Below, one piece after another: positions 41,548-51,549 of a DNA stretch of 64,000 nt (within the stretch, counting starts at the first letter, position 1; every line of letters begins with the position of its first letter). The stretch comes from an uncultured bacterium (GTDB lineage Bacteria; Babelota; Babeliae; Babelales; Vermiphilaceae): the NCBI GenBank assembly GCA_963702025.1, contig OY969699.1, positions 1,184,001 through 1,248,000 of the forward strand, in the 5' to 3' direction. The notes beneath the pieces were generated by a model. The model saw only the letters and a program-made list of their open reading frames with translations, searched no databases and had not been told where the DNA came from. Both the position numbers and the translations under genes were made by a program.

Positions 41548-42408
41548 TTATAACGAGCAACTACCATTTTCACAAGAACTCTTTTGCCCCTTTTCACGAT
41601 GCTCTTTAAAAACAGCATCAATCTTTTCAAAATTCTCACTCAACATCTTAAAGCGCATTACCATAGCGGCCGGATATTCAGCAAGATCAACTTCTTGAGG
41701 ATTACCGGGAAATACGCATTTGGTAGAAGCACCATTTTTCAACAAGAATTTCACCAACTCCGTAACTTCAATCCCGCTGGCCCCAAGCATAATGATTGCC
41801 AATCCAAGCGGTGTAAACCCTTGCGCAGATACCGCGTTAATATCAGCGCCGGCATCAATCAAACGTTGTAAAGCATCAAGCTCGGCCATACTTTGAACTG
41901 ATTGGATCAGTTTATCATTGAGTGTCTTTTGATCGAGAGAACGTAAATCTTTGGGCATGCTCAATGCTTGGGTGATGCGTTCCATTAGTGTTTCTTTTGT
42001 TTGTTGCCCAATTATTTTTTCAATTAAGGTGCCCGCACTAAAAATACCAATGGTCGGAATTGACATGATCTTACATTCTTGGGCAAACTCCTTGCACTCA
42101 TCAATGTTCACTGTCGCAAAAGTATATTTACCTTTGAGCTCGTCAGCAATCTCTTCAAATATCGGCTTCATCACTTTGCAAGGGCCGCACCATTCAGCAT
42201 AGAAATCAACAATCAGAATATTGGGTATGTTTTGAACAATTGTTTTAATGTTAGCAGGAGTAAGTTGTGTTACACTCGAATTTCTTTTTGGTTCCATAGG
42301 TTCAGCCTCCTTGGCAAGTGATGATTTTTGGCTATTTGTTTTAGCATTAAAAATAGAGATTGGAATTATAAGCACTAAAAGTATTGCAACTAAGAATAGT
42401 TTATTCAT
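41548..42408 (-). CDS. Signal/anchor-bearing thioredoxin with ankyrin-like repeat and C-terminal CxxGxC
   Basis: WCGPC, SIPT cis-Pro; GADINA..GFTPL; ends SSCENGSCSL. Confidence 0.88.
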   Translation of the reverse strand: MNKLFLVAILLVLIIPISIFNAKTNSQKSSLAKEAEPMEPKRNSSVTQLTPANIKTIVQNIPNILIVDFYAEWCGPCKVMKPIFEEIADELKGKYTFATVNIDECKEFAQECKIMSIPTIGIFSAGTLIEKIIGQQTKETLMERITQALSMPKDLRSLDQKTLNDKLIQSVQSMAELDALQRLIDAGADINAVSAQGFTPLGLAIIMLGASGIEVTELVKFLLKNGASTKCVFPGNPQEVDLAEYPAAMVMRFKMLSENFEKIDAVFKEHREKGQKSSCENGSCSL

Positions 42409-42520
42409 GATATCCCCCTCAGGAATTGGCGTTTTAAAAAGTATTTTATTTCTTTGTAAAAGCACATTTAGGCAAGTATACGCCCTTTTTTGCATTATTC
42501 AACGATCAAAAATGCTTTTA

Positions 42521-43738
42521 TTACTCTACAAAAGTGATCGCCTGCCCAATTTTATCAGCGCGCCCGGTACGGCCAATACGATGAATATAATCTTCATGAG
42601 TTTGTGGCAAATCGTAGTTGATCACATGCGAAACATCATCAATATCAATCCCGCGGGCGACCACGTCAGTAGCCAAAAGAATACGAACTCTATCATTTTT
42701 AAATGAGGCCAAAGCCCTGCTGCGCTGCGCCTGAGATTTATCACCATGAATGGTAGCAACCTCAAATCCCCGTTCGTTTAACATGCGTGCCAATTTATCA
42801 ACAGCACGCCGCGTGCGTAAAAAGATAATAACTTTTTTAAATTCCGGCTTAATCAGTAAATCATGCAGGAGATCAACTTTATTTTTCAAGCCGATCTTGA
42901 TCACTGTTTGATTTACATTTTCTGCCGTCTGACGCGTTTTAACACTGATAATCACCGGATTACGCAAAAAGCCGGACATAACCTCTTTAAGTGATGGCGG
43001 AATAGTGGCTGAGAAGAATAATGAGTGCCGTTTTTGCGGCAACTTACTAATAATGTATTTAATATCATTAATAAAGCCCATATCCACCATGGTGTCCACT
43101 TCATCAAGCACAATCGCATTGTATTTATGCAGGAGCAAAATTTTATCTTGTTCCAGATCCAATAATCTGCCCGGGGTGCCGATAACAAATTGCGGATGAT
43201 GAGAAAGATCTCTAATTTGGTGCATAATATTGAGCCCGCCAATGCATAATGCGGAACTGAGTCCGGTTTTGTGTGCAAAACTTTTAAACTCACCCTGAAT
43301 TTGGCTGGCCAGTTCACGCGTTGGGGTAACAATCAATACTCGATCCGTTTTTTTGGTGAGCACATCATTGATCAACGGAATTAAAAAAGCTGCAGTTTTA
43401 CCCGTGCCGGTATTTGCTGATGCGATAACATCCTTGCCTTGCAACAAAAGTGGAATCACCTGATCTTGAATCGGCGTTGGCGTGAGATACCCTTTATGGG
43501 CAATATTCTGTTTAATCTGATCTTCAATCAAAAAATCAGCAAAGGTGTTTTTGGGGATATAGGCATTGGCTACCACCTGCTCTTCAACCTTTTTCATGAA
43601 CATTGAAGGATCGAATTTTTTAATTACTCTCTTGGATTGTCCGCGCCCCTTGCCTCCCGGCTTATGTGAACCTGAACGCCATGATCCGGACTTATTGCCA
43701 AACCCTTTTGGCCCTTTTTTACTACGATTGAATGTCAT
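42521..43738 (-). CDS. DEAD-box RNA helicase
   Basis: PTPIQ, TGTGKT, PTREL, DEVD, SAT, HRIGRTGR. Confidence 0.95.
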   Translation of the reverse strand: MTFNRSKKGPKGFGNKSGSWRSGSHKPGGKGRGQSKRVIKKFDPSMFMKKVEEQVVANAYIPKNTFADFLIEDQIKQNIAHKGYLTPTPIQDQVIPLLLQGKDVIASANTGTGKTAAFLIPLINDVLTKKTDRVLIVTPTRELASQIQGEFKSFAHKTGLSSALCIGGLNIMHQIRDLSHHPQFVIGTPGRLLDLEQDKILLLHKYNAIVLDEVDTMVDMGFINDIKYIISKLPQKRHSLFFSATIPPSLKEVMSGFLRNPVIISVKTRQTAENVNQTVIKIGLKNKVDLLHDLLIKPEFKKVIIFLRTRRAVDKLARMLNERGFEVATIHGDKSQAQRSRALASFKNDRVRILLATDVVARGIDIDDVSHVINYDLPQTHEDYIHRIGRTGRADKIGQAITFVE

Positions 43739-43964
43739 GGAATATAACCTTCATTAAGGAATTAGCTGTTTTTGATTGAATACTATCAGTATGACCTATT
43801 TAGGCCCAACCAGCAATAAAAGGCTTAAAATGGCCCTAATTTGGTCAAAATACCCTTTTAGGGTCCTTTTTGCCCAAAAAGAGCTTAATTTCCCGCTTGA
43901 CATTCGCCTCATATTAATTACAATTAGAATATAGTTAAAAATTAAACCTAAAATGGGGTATTCA

Positions 43965-44528
43965 ATGAAAACTAAGCTCATATTCTGTCTCAGCGGGCTC
44001 ATGCTTGCAGGCAATGCTTTGCCTATGGAAAAGGCGCATGTTTTTTACAACTATAATGAAAGTGACGAAACGCTCAAAACATATCAAAGGCTTACAACAC
44101 ATCTGAGCGGACAGGAAACAGCCAATTCATATTTACAGCGTCTGCCAAATGACCTTTTAGAAATGGTGCAAACGTATCTACCTGAGAAAAAAGAAAGTGA
44201 CAAATTAGGAGCTTATTTAAAGATACTGAATCCTTTAAATCCTGAAAATAGAAATGCCTGTACAGCATCAATCTTTTATTCTTTAATCGGGCCAGCAGTC
44301 GCGTGGTATAATTTCATGTCGAGTAGAAATTCTTCGCAAGGTCGGTTGCAACCAACTAGCTTTTTATGTAGTCAAGCAATAGCAAACACTGGAATTTTAA
44401 TCTACCTTGTAGGGACATTAAACTTAAATCGAGAAATTCAAGGTTTGGTGTTTTTATTAGGGGCTTTGTATAACATACGCCACCATACTATAAATTTAGA
44501 AAAAGCCGCCCTCGGCTTGAATAAATGA
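43965..44528 (+). CDS. Exported hypothetical protein
   Basis: Signal ending PME; hydrophobic C-terminal segments; ends ALGLNK. Confidence 0.7.
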   Translation: MKTKLIFCLSGLMLAGNALPMEKAHVFYNYNESDETLKTYQRLTTHLSGQETANSYLQRLPNDLLEMVQTYLPEKKESDKLGAYLKILNPLNPENRNACTASIFYSLIGPAVAWYNFMSSRNSSQGRLQPTSFLCSQAIANTGILIYLVGTLNLNREIQGLVFLLGALYNIRHHTINLEKAALGLNK

Positions 44529-44550
44529 GGGCACAATGGAGAAAACTAAT

Positions 44551-45540
44551 ATGATTACCAAAGAAAATATGAAAATAGTAAAGCAAGGTGGATTACTTTT
44601 ATTGCTCTTGCGCGCATTTTCAATGCACAGCATGATAATCGATCTTTCACATGTGAAAATAGAAAAGAGAGAAGATTGTGTCGCAGAAGAACCTCAGCAA
44701 AGAAATGATCCCAAAGGCAAAAAAGTCGGCAATTTTTACATTAGTGGTCACTGCATTACTAGATTAAGCCAGCGTAACGTTAGCCAAGAAGAAGCATCAT
44801 GGGTCGCAGGTCACGGGAATCGCCATATTACTGCAAAAGGTCAAAAGCTATGTGTCGATGTTAATAAAAAGATCGGTGTCATTCTCGATGATAAAACCAA
44901 TACAATTATCACTGTATTTATCAATATGGATCAAGAAGCTCTTGATCACTGGTTAGATATGACAAATAAAAAGAAAAAATCAGCAACAAGAAGCACGGAA
45001 CAGATAAAAACCGAGGATTGGATGAAAAAGCATGTTGGTGCCAATTCATCAACTCCAAATATCAAAATAGCTGAACATCAAGATGGAAAAACTATTGGAA
45101 AATATTTTTATTCCAATATCGCATTACAACGAATGCTCGAAAGAAAAATAACCCCTCAACAAGCAGCAATGATTATTAACTATGATAATCACTATAAAAC
45201 CTATAGCGGCGCAGAATTATGCGTTAACGTAGGAAGTAAATACGCTGTGTTAATAAATCCAAAAACAAACAACGTCTTATCAGTATTCAGAGGAATAGAT
45301 CAACGTAAATTAGATGATTGGATTATACGCAAAGATGCCGCTATTAAAGCAAGACAAGATAAGAAACTTAAAAATATGAAATTAATAAATAAGATGGCGA
45401 AGAAAAAACTTGAGGGAGATTCAAATGAATCCTTCTCAGTCAACGTTGACCAAAATCTTCCTTTCAGAGAATATTTAGATTTAGAAGAAAAATTAGTAAA
45501 TAAAGGCAAAAAAATAAAACCTGCCCTCGGCTTGAATTAA
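44551..45540 (+). CDS. Protein with two tandem DUF4258-like domains
   Basis: SGHCITRLSQRNVS...TNTIITVF and SNIALQRMLERKIT...TNNVLSVF; ends ALGLN. Confidence 0.7.
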   Translation: MITKENMKIVKQGGLLLLLLRAFSMHSMIIDLSHVKIEKREDCVAEEPQQRNDPKGKKVGNFYISGHCITRLSQRNVSQEEASWVAGHGNRHITAKGQKLCVDVNKKIGVILDDKTNTIITVFINMDQEALDHWLDMTNKKKKSATRSTEQIKTEDWMKKHVGANSSTPNIKIAEHQDGKTIGKYFYSNIALQRMLERKITPQQAAMIINYDNHYKTYSGAELCVNVGSKYAVLINPKTNNVLSVFRGIDQRKLDDWIIRKDAAIKARQDKKLKNMKLINKMAKKKLEGDSNESFSVNVDQNLPFREYLDLEEKLVNKGKKIKPALGLN

Positions 45541-45562
45541 TGAGGACAAAATGGAGAAAATT

Positions 45563-46381
45563 ATGAAAAAGAATTTATTACTTATTACCGCTCTGGTTAG
45601 CGCTTTAGGCACCCCTGTATTGAGCATGGAAAAACCGGAACCCAATGTAGCAAATAAACCTGCCGCTAAGCCTAATGTTCGCATAAATTATATCGATGTT
45701 GATGAAACACCGATAACCAATCACGCAGGGAGCAACTTGCGTTATTATGGCGAATACCGCGCTCGCAAATTAGAAAATGGCATTGTGTCATTTCCGGTAA
45801 ATGCGTGTGATCCGCTACCATTGAACACATTTGGTAATAAAATTAGATATTTTTTTCTTTCAGCAACGGGAGGAAATAATCTTGTTCCAGGAGCACCTGT
45901 CAAAGTAGATGACCCTACTCTCACCAACATTGTTGTAGTGCGAGGAAAAAATGAAATATTTGGGCAACGAATTGAAGCATACCTTGGATACAATAACAAT
46001 GATTTTAAAACTAAGGGCAAAAATAAAATTTGCGTTGCAAAATTACTTGCATTAAATACGAAAGACACCCGATATGCTTTAACAATACCCTACTTTTTCC
46101 AACCGGCAATAGGATGTTTAAATCTGATGGAACTAACACGAGAAATAAAAAATCATTTAGAAAACATTAAAGACTGGGATTGGAAAAGCCCTGAATTTAG
46201 AAAAGTTATGCATAAACTTTTAGGGAAAGAATGGACACTGTATGAATCTCCACATGATAACAACAACTGGTCATTTGGCAATGATGAAGCAGTAATAGCA
46301 AATGGTAAATTTCATACATACAAAGTTTATTGGACATTAGATCAAAACAAGCTAAAAGGTATCACTTACCAGAAAAAATAA
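45563..46381 (+). CDS. Exported hypothetical protein
   Basis: Signal ending SME. Confidence 0.75.
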   Translation: MKKNLLLITALVSALGTPVLSMEKPEPNVANKPAAKPNVRINYIDVDETPITNHAGSNLRYYGEYRARKLENGIVSFPVNACDPLPLNTFGNKIRYFFLSATGGNNLVPGAPVKVDDPTLTNIVVVRGKNEIFGQRIEAYLGYNNNDFKTKGKNKICVAKLLALNTKDTRYALTIPYFFQPAIGCLNLMELTREIKNHLENIKDWDWKSPEFRKVMHKLLGKEWTLYESPHDNNNWSFGNDEAVIANGKFHTYKVYWTLDQNKLKGITYQKK

Positions 46382-46405
46382 TTTTAAAAATATATGGAGA
46401 AAACT

Positions 46406-48211
46406 ATGAAAAAGAATTTATTATTTTGTATCAGTTTTATTGTAAGTTGCTCTGCATTTGCAATGCAGCTTCCTCGCGGAAAAAACCTAGATGAGCTTAT
46501 TTCACTGCCATTAAATCAGTTTGAAATGGAATTAAAAAATAATCATGCCCTACTCAATCAGCGCGACGATCAAGGTAAATCATTATTAGTCAAAGCAATA
46601 GAGCAAGAGAAAATCGCCCATATAAAAACTCTATTAACCACCGGCGCAAATCCGTGGATAAAAGACAAGAATAATGAATGTGCAGTGCATGCGATCGGCA
46701 AAGTGGGCAACCTTGAAATTGCCCGCCTTATTATACGAAAACATGCAGAAGATCCTAACTGGAAAGAGATCAATGCGCTTGGCGCAGGACAAAATCCATG
46801 TTCCTATGCAAATCAATATAAACATTATGGCTGCGCAACTTTTCTTTGGAATTATAATCGAAACAAAGATAAAAACCCTTTGTTTCAAGCATTGATGTAT
46901 GGGGATTTGCATACTTTAGATTCATTGCTCGACACAGAATCTAAGGTTAATGAGGAAGTATCAGCAGATTTTAATGTTTCATGTTTACCATTAGCTTGGG
47001 CTGTATACTTAGAAGATGAATCGCTGGTGGACTATTTGCTAAAAAAAGGAGCAAAAATATATCTCAAAGATTGCGGCATAAGTCCATGGCAATGTGCAGC
47101 ACATTCGCCGCGCATCAAAAAATTAATGCAAAAGTACGACAATAGTATGCAAATACGAGATGAGTTTTTCAAAGCAATAATAGAAGAAGACGTTGGCATT
47201 ATCAAGCATCATCTTAATAAAAATGGGGCAAAGTTGATTCCAATGTTACGATTCGAACAAAATAGTCCCTTACAAATCGCGATAATAGCCGGCAAAGTGA
47301 AAAGCCTCGATATTTTATGGAAAAGATTGCCCAAGTCGTTGTTTACAACCCAACAACATCAAGCACCTCTCTTGTTTCTTGCTTGCACACAGAACAAAAA
47401 AGAAATTATTCAGTACCTTGGAAATCTAAACGGATTAACAGGAATTAATCCCAAATTTGATTATTTAGCTGAATATTGGCCTTTCCGTTACTACATTTCT
47501 GACGACATTAAACAAGAAATATTCGCTCTGTTCAATAAATATGAAAAAGGTTTTTCTGAAAATAACCCTCAGGAATATATTACTCACGCAGCGCGCTATA
47601 GAAGAATAGAATTAATCAATAAAGCATTGGAATTAGGAGCAAACGTTAATGGGTATGGACTTAAAAAGGGTCTTACTGCTCTTCATTGGGCTTGCATTAA
47701 GGGAGATCCAAATGCAATTGCATATTTATTAAATAGAGGTGCGAATCCAAATATAACTGATGGTGAAAAAAAAAGAAGTTGTTTTCGCTTAATGTTGAGA
47801 ATGCATGAGACATCACTCAAAAAGAAAGGTGAACAATTATCAACAAGTGCATTATTACCTTGCTATTTTCTGCTAATATGCAGTGGTGCTAACCCTAAAA
47901 TTAAAGATATTTATGGCGATGACATTTTTGATTGGATTAAATGCCAAAAAATGACCGCTGTCGAAAAAGATTTAATTGTCGAAATTTTATGCTTAGACAG
48001 CACTTCAAAAAAACAATGTAGAGTTATTTTAACTAAAATCAAAGAATTTCAAGAAACAGAACACAAAAATGCTTTAAATGCTGGTGATGAAAGGAAAGCC
48101 ACTGCCATTAAGTCATGTTTTGTTGCTGAAAATAATCAATATATGAGTATGTTAATAGGAAAATCAAAGAATGATGCTTTCAAAGATATCTATGAAAAAT
48201 ATATTGATTAA
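46406..48211 (+). CDS. Exported ankyrin-repeat protein
   Basis: GKSLL..A, GLTALHWAC, GANPN; paralogous to 52244-54232. Confidence 0.88.
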   Translation: MKKNLLFCISFIVSCSAFAMQLPRGKNLDELISLPLNQFEMELKNNHALLNQRDDQGKSLLVKAIEQEKIAHIKTLLTTGANPWIKDKNNECAVHAIGKVGNLEIARLIIRKHAEDPNWKEINALGAGQNPCSYANQYKHYGCATFLWNYNRNKDKNPLFQALMYGDLHTLDSLLDTESKVNEEVSADFNVSCLPLAWAVYLEDESLVDYLLKKGAKIYLKDCGISPWQCAAHSPRIKKLMQKYDNSMQIRDEFFKAIIEEDVGIIKHHLNKNGAKLIPMLRFEQNSPLQIAIIAGKVKSLDILWKRLPKSLFTTQQHQAPLLFLACTQNKKEIIQYLGNLNGLTGINPKFDYLAEYWPFRYYISDDIKQEIFALFNKYEKGFSENNPQEYITHAARYRRIELINKALELGANVNGYGLKKGLTALHWACIKGDPNAIAYLLNRGANPNITDGEKKRSCFRLMLRMHETSLKKKGEQLSTSALLPCYFLLICSGANPKIKDIYGDDIFDWIKCQKMTAVEKDLIVEILCLDSTSKKQCRVILTKIKEFQETEHKNALNAGDERKATAIKSCFVAENNQYMSMLIGKSKNDAFKDIYEKYID

Positions 48212-48311
48212 TTAAATACGCATTTCATATCAATTGAAATCTTAAAACTATTGCATACCTACAGTAATCAATACTACTATTAAGGTAAAGTTTTTCTTTA
48301 AGGAGTATCCG

Positions 48312-49736
48312 ATGCTTTCTCTAAAAAAAATTCTACTATTTAGCTTTATTTTGATAAATCAGCAAAACCCTCTATATGCAATGGAACTTTCTGAGAAACC
48401 TTTCAAAACGGCATTAAGCGAAAATGATAGCGATCTTCTTAGCGCATTTTTAACTAATTATAGAAGTCGCAGTTTCTTCTCTTCAAGATCAACCCAAGAC
48501 CTGGAGAAAATAATATCTATTTCCTATGACATTCTGGATGATCCAAGAGAACTTGAAAACATTAGCGGCTATGCATTACCGATCATCTATAGCGAAATAT
48601 TAAATGAAATAATAGCAAACGCGACCTTAGAACTAGAAAAAAGAAATTCTAATGAAGCTGAGATAAAAAATATTTTACCCATATTAAAGCCAAGTGGCGG
48701 CGTTACACCCAAAAAAGAACCTCCTGCTCCCGTGCTAAAATCAAGCGGTGCTAAACCCAAACAAATAGCTCCTTCAGGGAGCAAAATTGCTCTCAAAAAA
48801 ATTATACAAGCAGAAATCAAGGGCGAAATCGACTATCTGAGTACACGCTCTAACTATACTTTAGAGAAAGCGATAGAACTAGTAAATGAAACTCTTAATA
48901 ATAATGCGGCATTCACCGCTCTTAAAAAAGAACTCGGCCTACCGAAAGAGCAATTAAGATCTGTTCTAGAAAGAATAAAACAAAAAGCCTCGATCGCATT
49001 ACGGCTCGCTCAAAATAAAGCCCAAATACCTTTGCAAGAAAAAAGAATTCCAGAAAAAATTCTAGCCACCGCACCAATAATACCTGCAATAGTCAAACAG
49101 GAAGAACCTGAAGAAGAAGTGCAAGCCAATCAATTATATATCGGACTCGATGTGAAAGAATTTAACAGTAACGGGCAACCTATTCGGTGGCAAGATTCAA
49201 TTGATGCGATGCAAGCTCAAATCAAAGATGCAGATTTTGTCCCAAATGATTATTTTCATATTACCATTGCATGGTATGAGGCAAAAAATCCATTAACACC
49301 GGAAATAATTGCACGGGTGGAACGCGCGCTTGCCAATGCATCACAAATATTAAAAATCGTATTTCCGCAAGGCGTTACCGGCATTGCACTGCTTGACAGT
49401 GCTGTTTTGTTGGGCAATAAAAACGCAACCGTAGCATTTAGAGTTGCCGAATCGGCTGATCTAAAAAAACTGCAAGATATCTTACTTAAGTTCCTCTCAT
49501 TTGAGAATATAGGAGACTTCAAATTTAATACGTTCGAAAAAGACACTCCAATTCATGTAACACTAGGCAAAATACGATCAAAATCGACACGGCAATATCA
49601 AAATGCTGCAGCAAACTTGCATGCCCCTGAAGGCGCTCGCGCATCGCAAAAGCAAAGTTTTACTATCAATACTTTCAGATTAACCTATTCTTTAGCCGGA
49701 CAAGCATGGCAGGAGAAAATGTCATATAAATTTTAA
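48312..49736 (+). CDS. Exported protein with C-terminal 2H phosphoesterase domain
   Basis: Two HxT motifs (FHITI, IHVTL); signal ending AME. Confidence 0.75.
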   Translation: MLSLKKILLFSFILINQQNPLYAMELSEKPFKTALSENDSDLLSAFLTNYRSRSFFSSRSTQDLEKIISISYDILDDPRELENISGYALPIIYSEILNEIIANATLELEKRNSNEAEIKNILPILKPSGGVTPKKEPPAPVLKSSGAKPKQIAPSGSKIALKKIIQAEIKGEIDYLSTRSNYTLEKAIELVNETLNNNAAFTALKKELGLPKEQLRSVLERIKQKASIALRLAQNKAQIPLQEKRIPEKILATAPIIPAIVKQEEPEEEVQANQLYIGLDVKEFNSNGQPIRWQDSIDAMQAQIKDADFVPNDYFHITIAWYEAKNPLTPEIIARVERALANASQILKIVFPQGVTGIALLDSAVLLGNKNATVAFRVAESADLKKLQDILLKFLSFENIGDFKFNTFEKDTPIHVTLGKIRSKSTRQYQNAAANLHAPEGARASQKQSFTINTFRLTYSLAGQAWQEKMSYKF

Positions 49737-49840
49737 GGAACTAATTCTTTTCAAAAAAATATAAAATCATATACTTTTGATCTACGGGTAGGATGAAACA
49801 ATTTAAAAATATTTACACCACAAGCAGAAAGGCCTATGCC

Positions 49841-51484
49841 ATGCAATTTTTAACCATACTTCCTTTAACACTACTTTGTTCCGCACTTCTTCTTCCGGCA
49901 ATGGAAATCCCAAACAAAAAACCATCATCAAAAAAACCAGAAAGCAACCCTCTCCTTATGATGATGCTTATTGGGGAAGGTAGACCTCATGATGCATTAC
50001 TTCTTAAAGCAATGGATTCTGATGATCCAAAAGAAGCGTACGGGATTCTTGACGGGTTAACCGAACTTAATTCAAATGAAAAATGGCACGCGGGAGCCCT
50101 AATATATAAGGGCCAAATGCTTGCAAAAGGTGAAGGTGTAAAGCAAGACAGAAATGCAGCACTTGATTGTTATCTAGCTTGTTATAAAAAGCACCGTGAT
50201 CCAATGGCATTGCTTACCATTGGCAATCACTATGAAGAAGAATCAAAAACAGCTGATGAATTTGAAAAAGCAGCCGGCTATTTCAAAAAAGCGTTCGCAA
50301 ACGGCACTGGTGATCCCATGGCAGGCTATCGTTATGCGCGCCTTATCTATAATGAAAATATCAAACCGGAACATGAAGAGGTAACGGATATACTCAAGTA
50401 TGCGGCTCCCGCTGTAGTCAACTCTATAACAGAGGCCCTCTATTTATTTGCTTCAACATTGCTCGATAATAATCATGATTCATTTGCTGAACTTGGCTTA
50501 CCAGCATTTTTACAAGCAGCCAAGCAAGGTGATGCCTTTTCTGCCCTGCAATTGGGAATTTTTTACAAAAATGGTTTATATGTACCAAAAGATAAAGAAT
50601 TTGCGCAAGCTATCTTTAATAAAGCATTAGCCACGGAAGATACCCCACTCAACATGACAGCAAAAGCATACATGTACAAACATGGGTTAGGGGTTGCAAA
50701 AGATACCGTTAAAGCAAAAAAACTTCTTGATGAGGCACGTCCATCACTGGATGCAAATCAGAGCTTTATTGATAATCTTTTTTGCAGCGAAGATGATAAG
50801 CTGACTGCGATTTCTGATCCAGCAATGCTACGCACCCAACCAATAGCTGCACAAGAGGTAAATCAACCCGTTCTGCCCAAACCGACTCAAATTGTGGAAT
50901 CCAAAGAACCAACAGATCTTAAGATTGAAAAACCGGTTCAAAAGAATGATGAAAAAAAGGATGCACTCATTGTTCCCATAAAAAAAGAGATCTCTCATAA
51001 AACTCTACTCGATAAATGCAATGAGCTTTCGCTTAAGCAAGATGGCAGCTCATTGGAAATCGATATAAAAAATAACAAAATCTTTGTTCATGATCCACAA
51101 TATAAGAATGAATTTATTGTTCCATTTGAAGAGGCTGAATTTCAACACAATGCAAATATTGTTCAATTTATGTACGACAAACGAATAAAAGCATGGTTTA
51201 CCAAAACGTTAAAAAAACTAAAGGCTGATCCTGAGATTCGATGGAAAATCAGCACCCACCGGTTTGGCAAAGCAGTTGACTATCTTATGCAATTGGTTGG
51301 CCTAAAAAATCCTTTTGTTGGTAAGAAAAAAGATAATGATCGTTTATTGCATGAAGCTGAATCGATAACGCAAAAAAATCGAGGCCATTTTGAATATACC
51401 TTTAGAAAACAAGGCGCAAATGCAATTCTTTACCATCGCCATTATCGACCTTATAAAGCTGAACCTAAAGAAAAACCAAAATAA
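49841..51484 (+). CDS. Exported Sel1-repeat protein with 'YHR' domain
   Basis: GEGVKQD, LG.FY.NG..VPKD, GLGVAKD; YDKRIKAWF..HRF..VD..FEY..YHRH. Confidence 0.85.
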   Translation: MQFLTILPLTLLCSALLLPAMEIPNKKPSSKKPESNPLLMMMLIGEGRPHDALLLKAMDSDDPKEAYGILDGLTELNSNEKWHAGALIYKGQMLAKGEGVKQDRNAALDCYLACYKKHRDPMALLTIGNHYEEESKTADEFEKAAGYFKKAFANGTGDPMAGYRYARLIYNENIKPEHEEVTDILKYAAPAVVNSITEALYLFASTLLDNNHDSFAELGLPAFLQAAKQGDAFSALQLGIFYKNGLYVPKDKEFAQAIFNKALATEDTPLNMTAKAYMYKHGLGVAKDTVKAKKLLDEARPSLDANQSFIDNLFCSEDDKLTAISDPAMLRTQPIAAQEVNQPVLPKPTQIVESKEPTDLKIEKPVQKNDEKKDALIVPIKKEISHKTLLDKCNELSLKQDGSSLEIDIKNNKIFVHDPQYKNEFIVPFEEAEFQHNANIVQFMYDKRIKAWFTKTLKKLKADPEIRWKISTHRFGKAVDYLMQLVGLKNPFVGKKKDNDRLLHEAESITQKNRGHFEYTFRKQGANAILYHRHYRPYKAEPKEKPK

Positions 51485-51549
51485 AACATACCGCCAAGAT
51501 TGGATCTAATTACTTCGAATCAATTTAATTGTTGTTTTTAGGAAACACT

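Noticed and set aside
43965..48211. Integron cassette array
   Set aside because: The junctions lack attC RYYYAAC/GTTRRRY boxes and there is no tyrosine integrase
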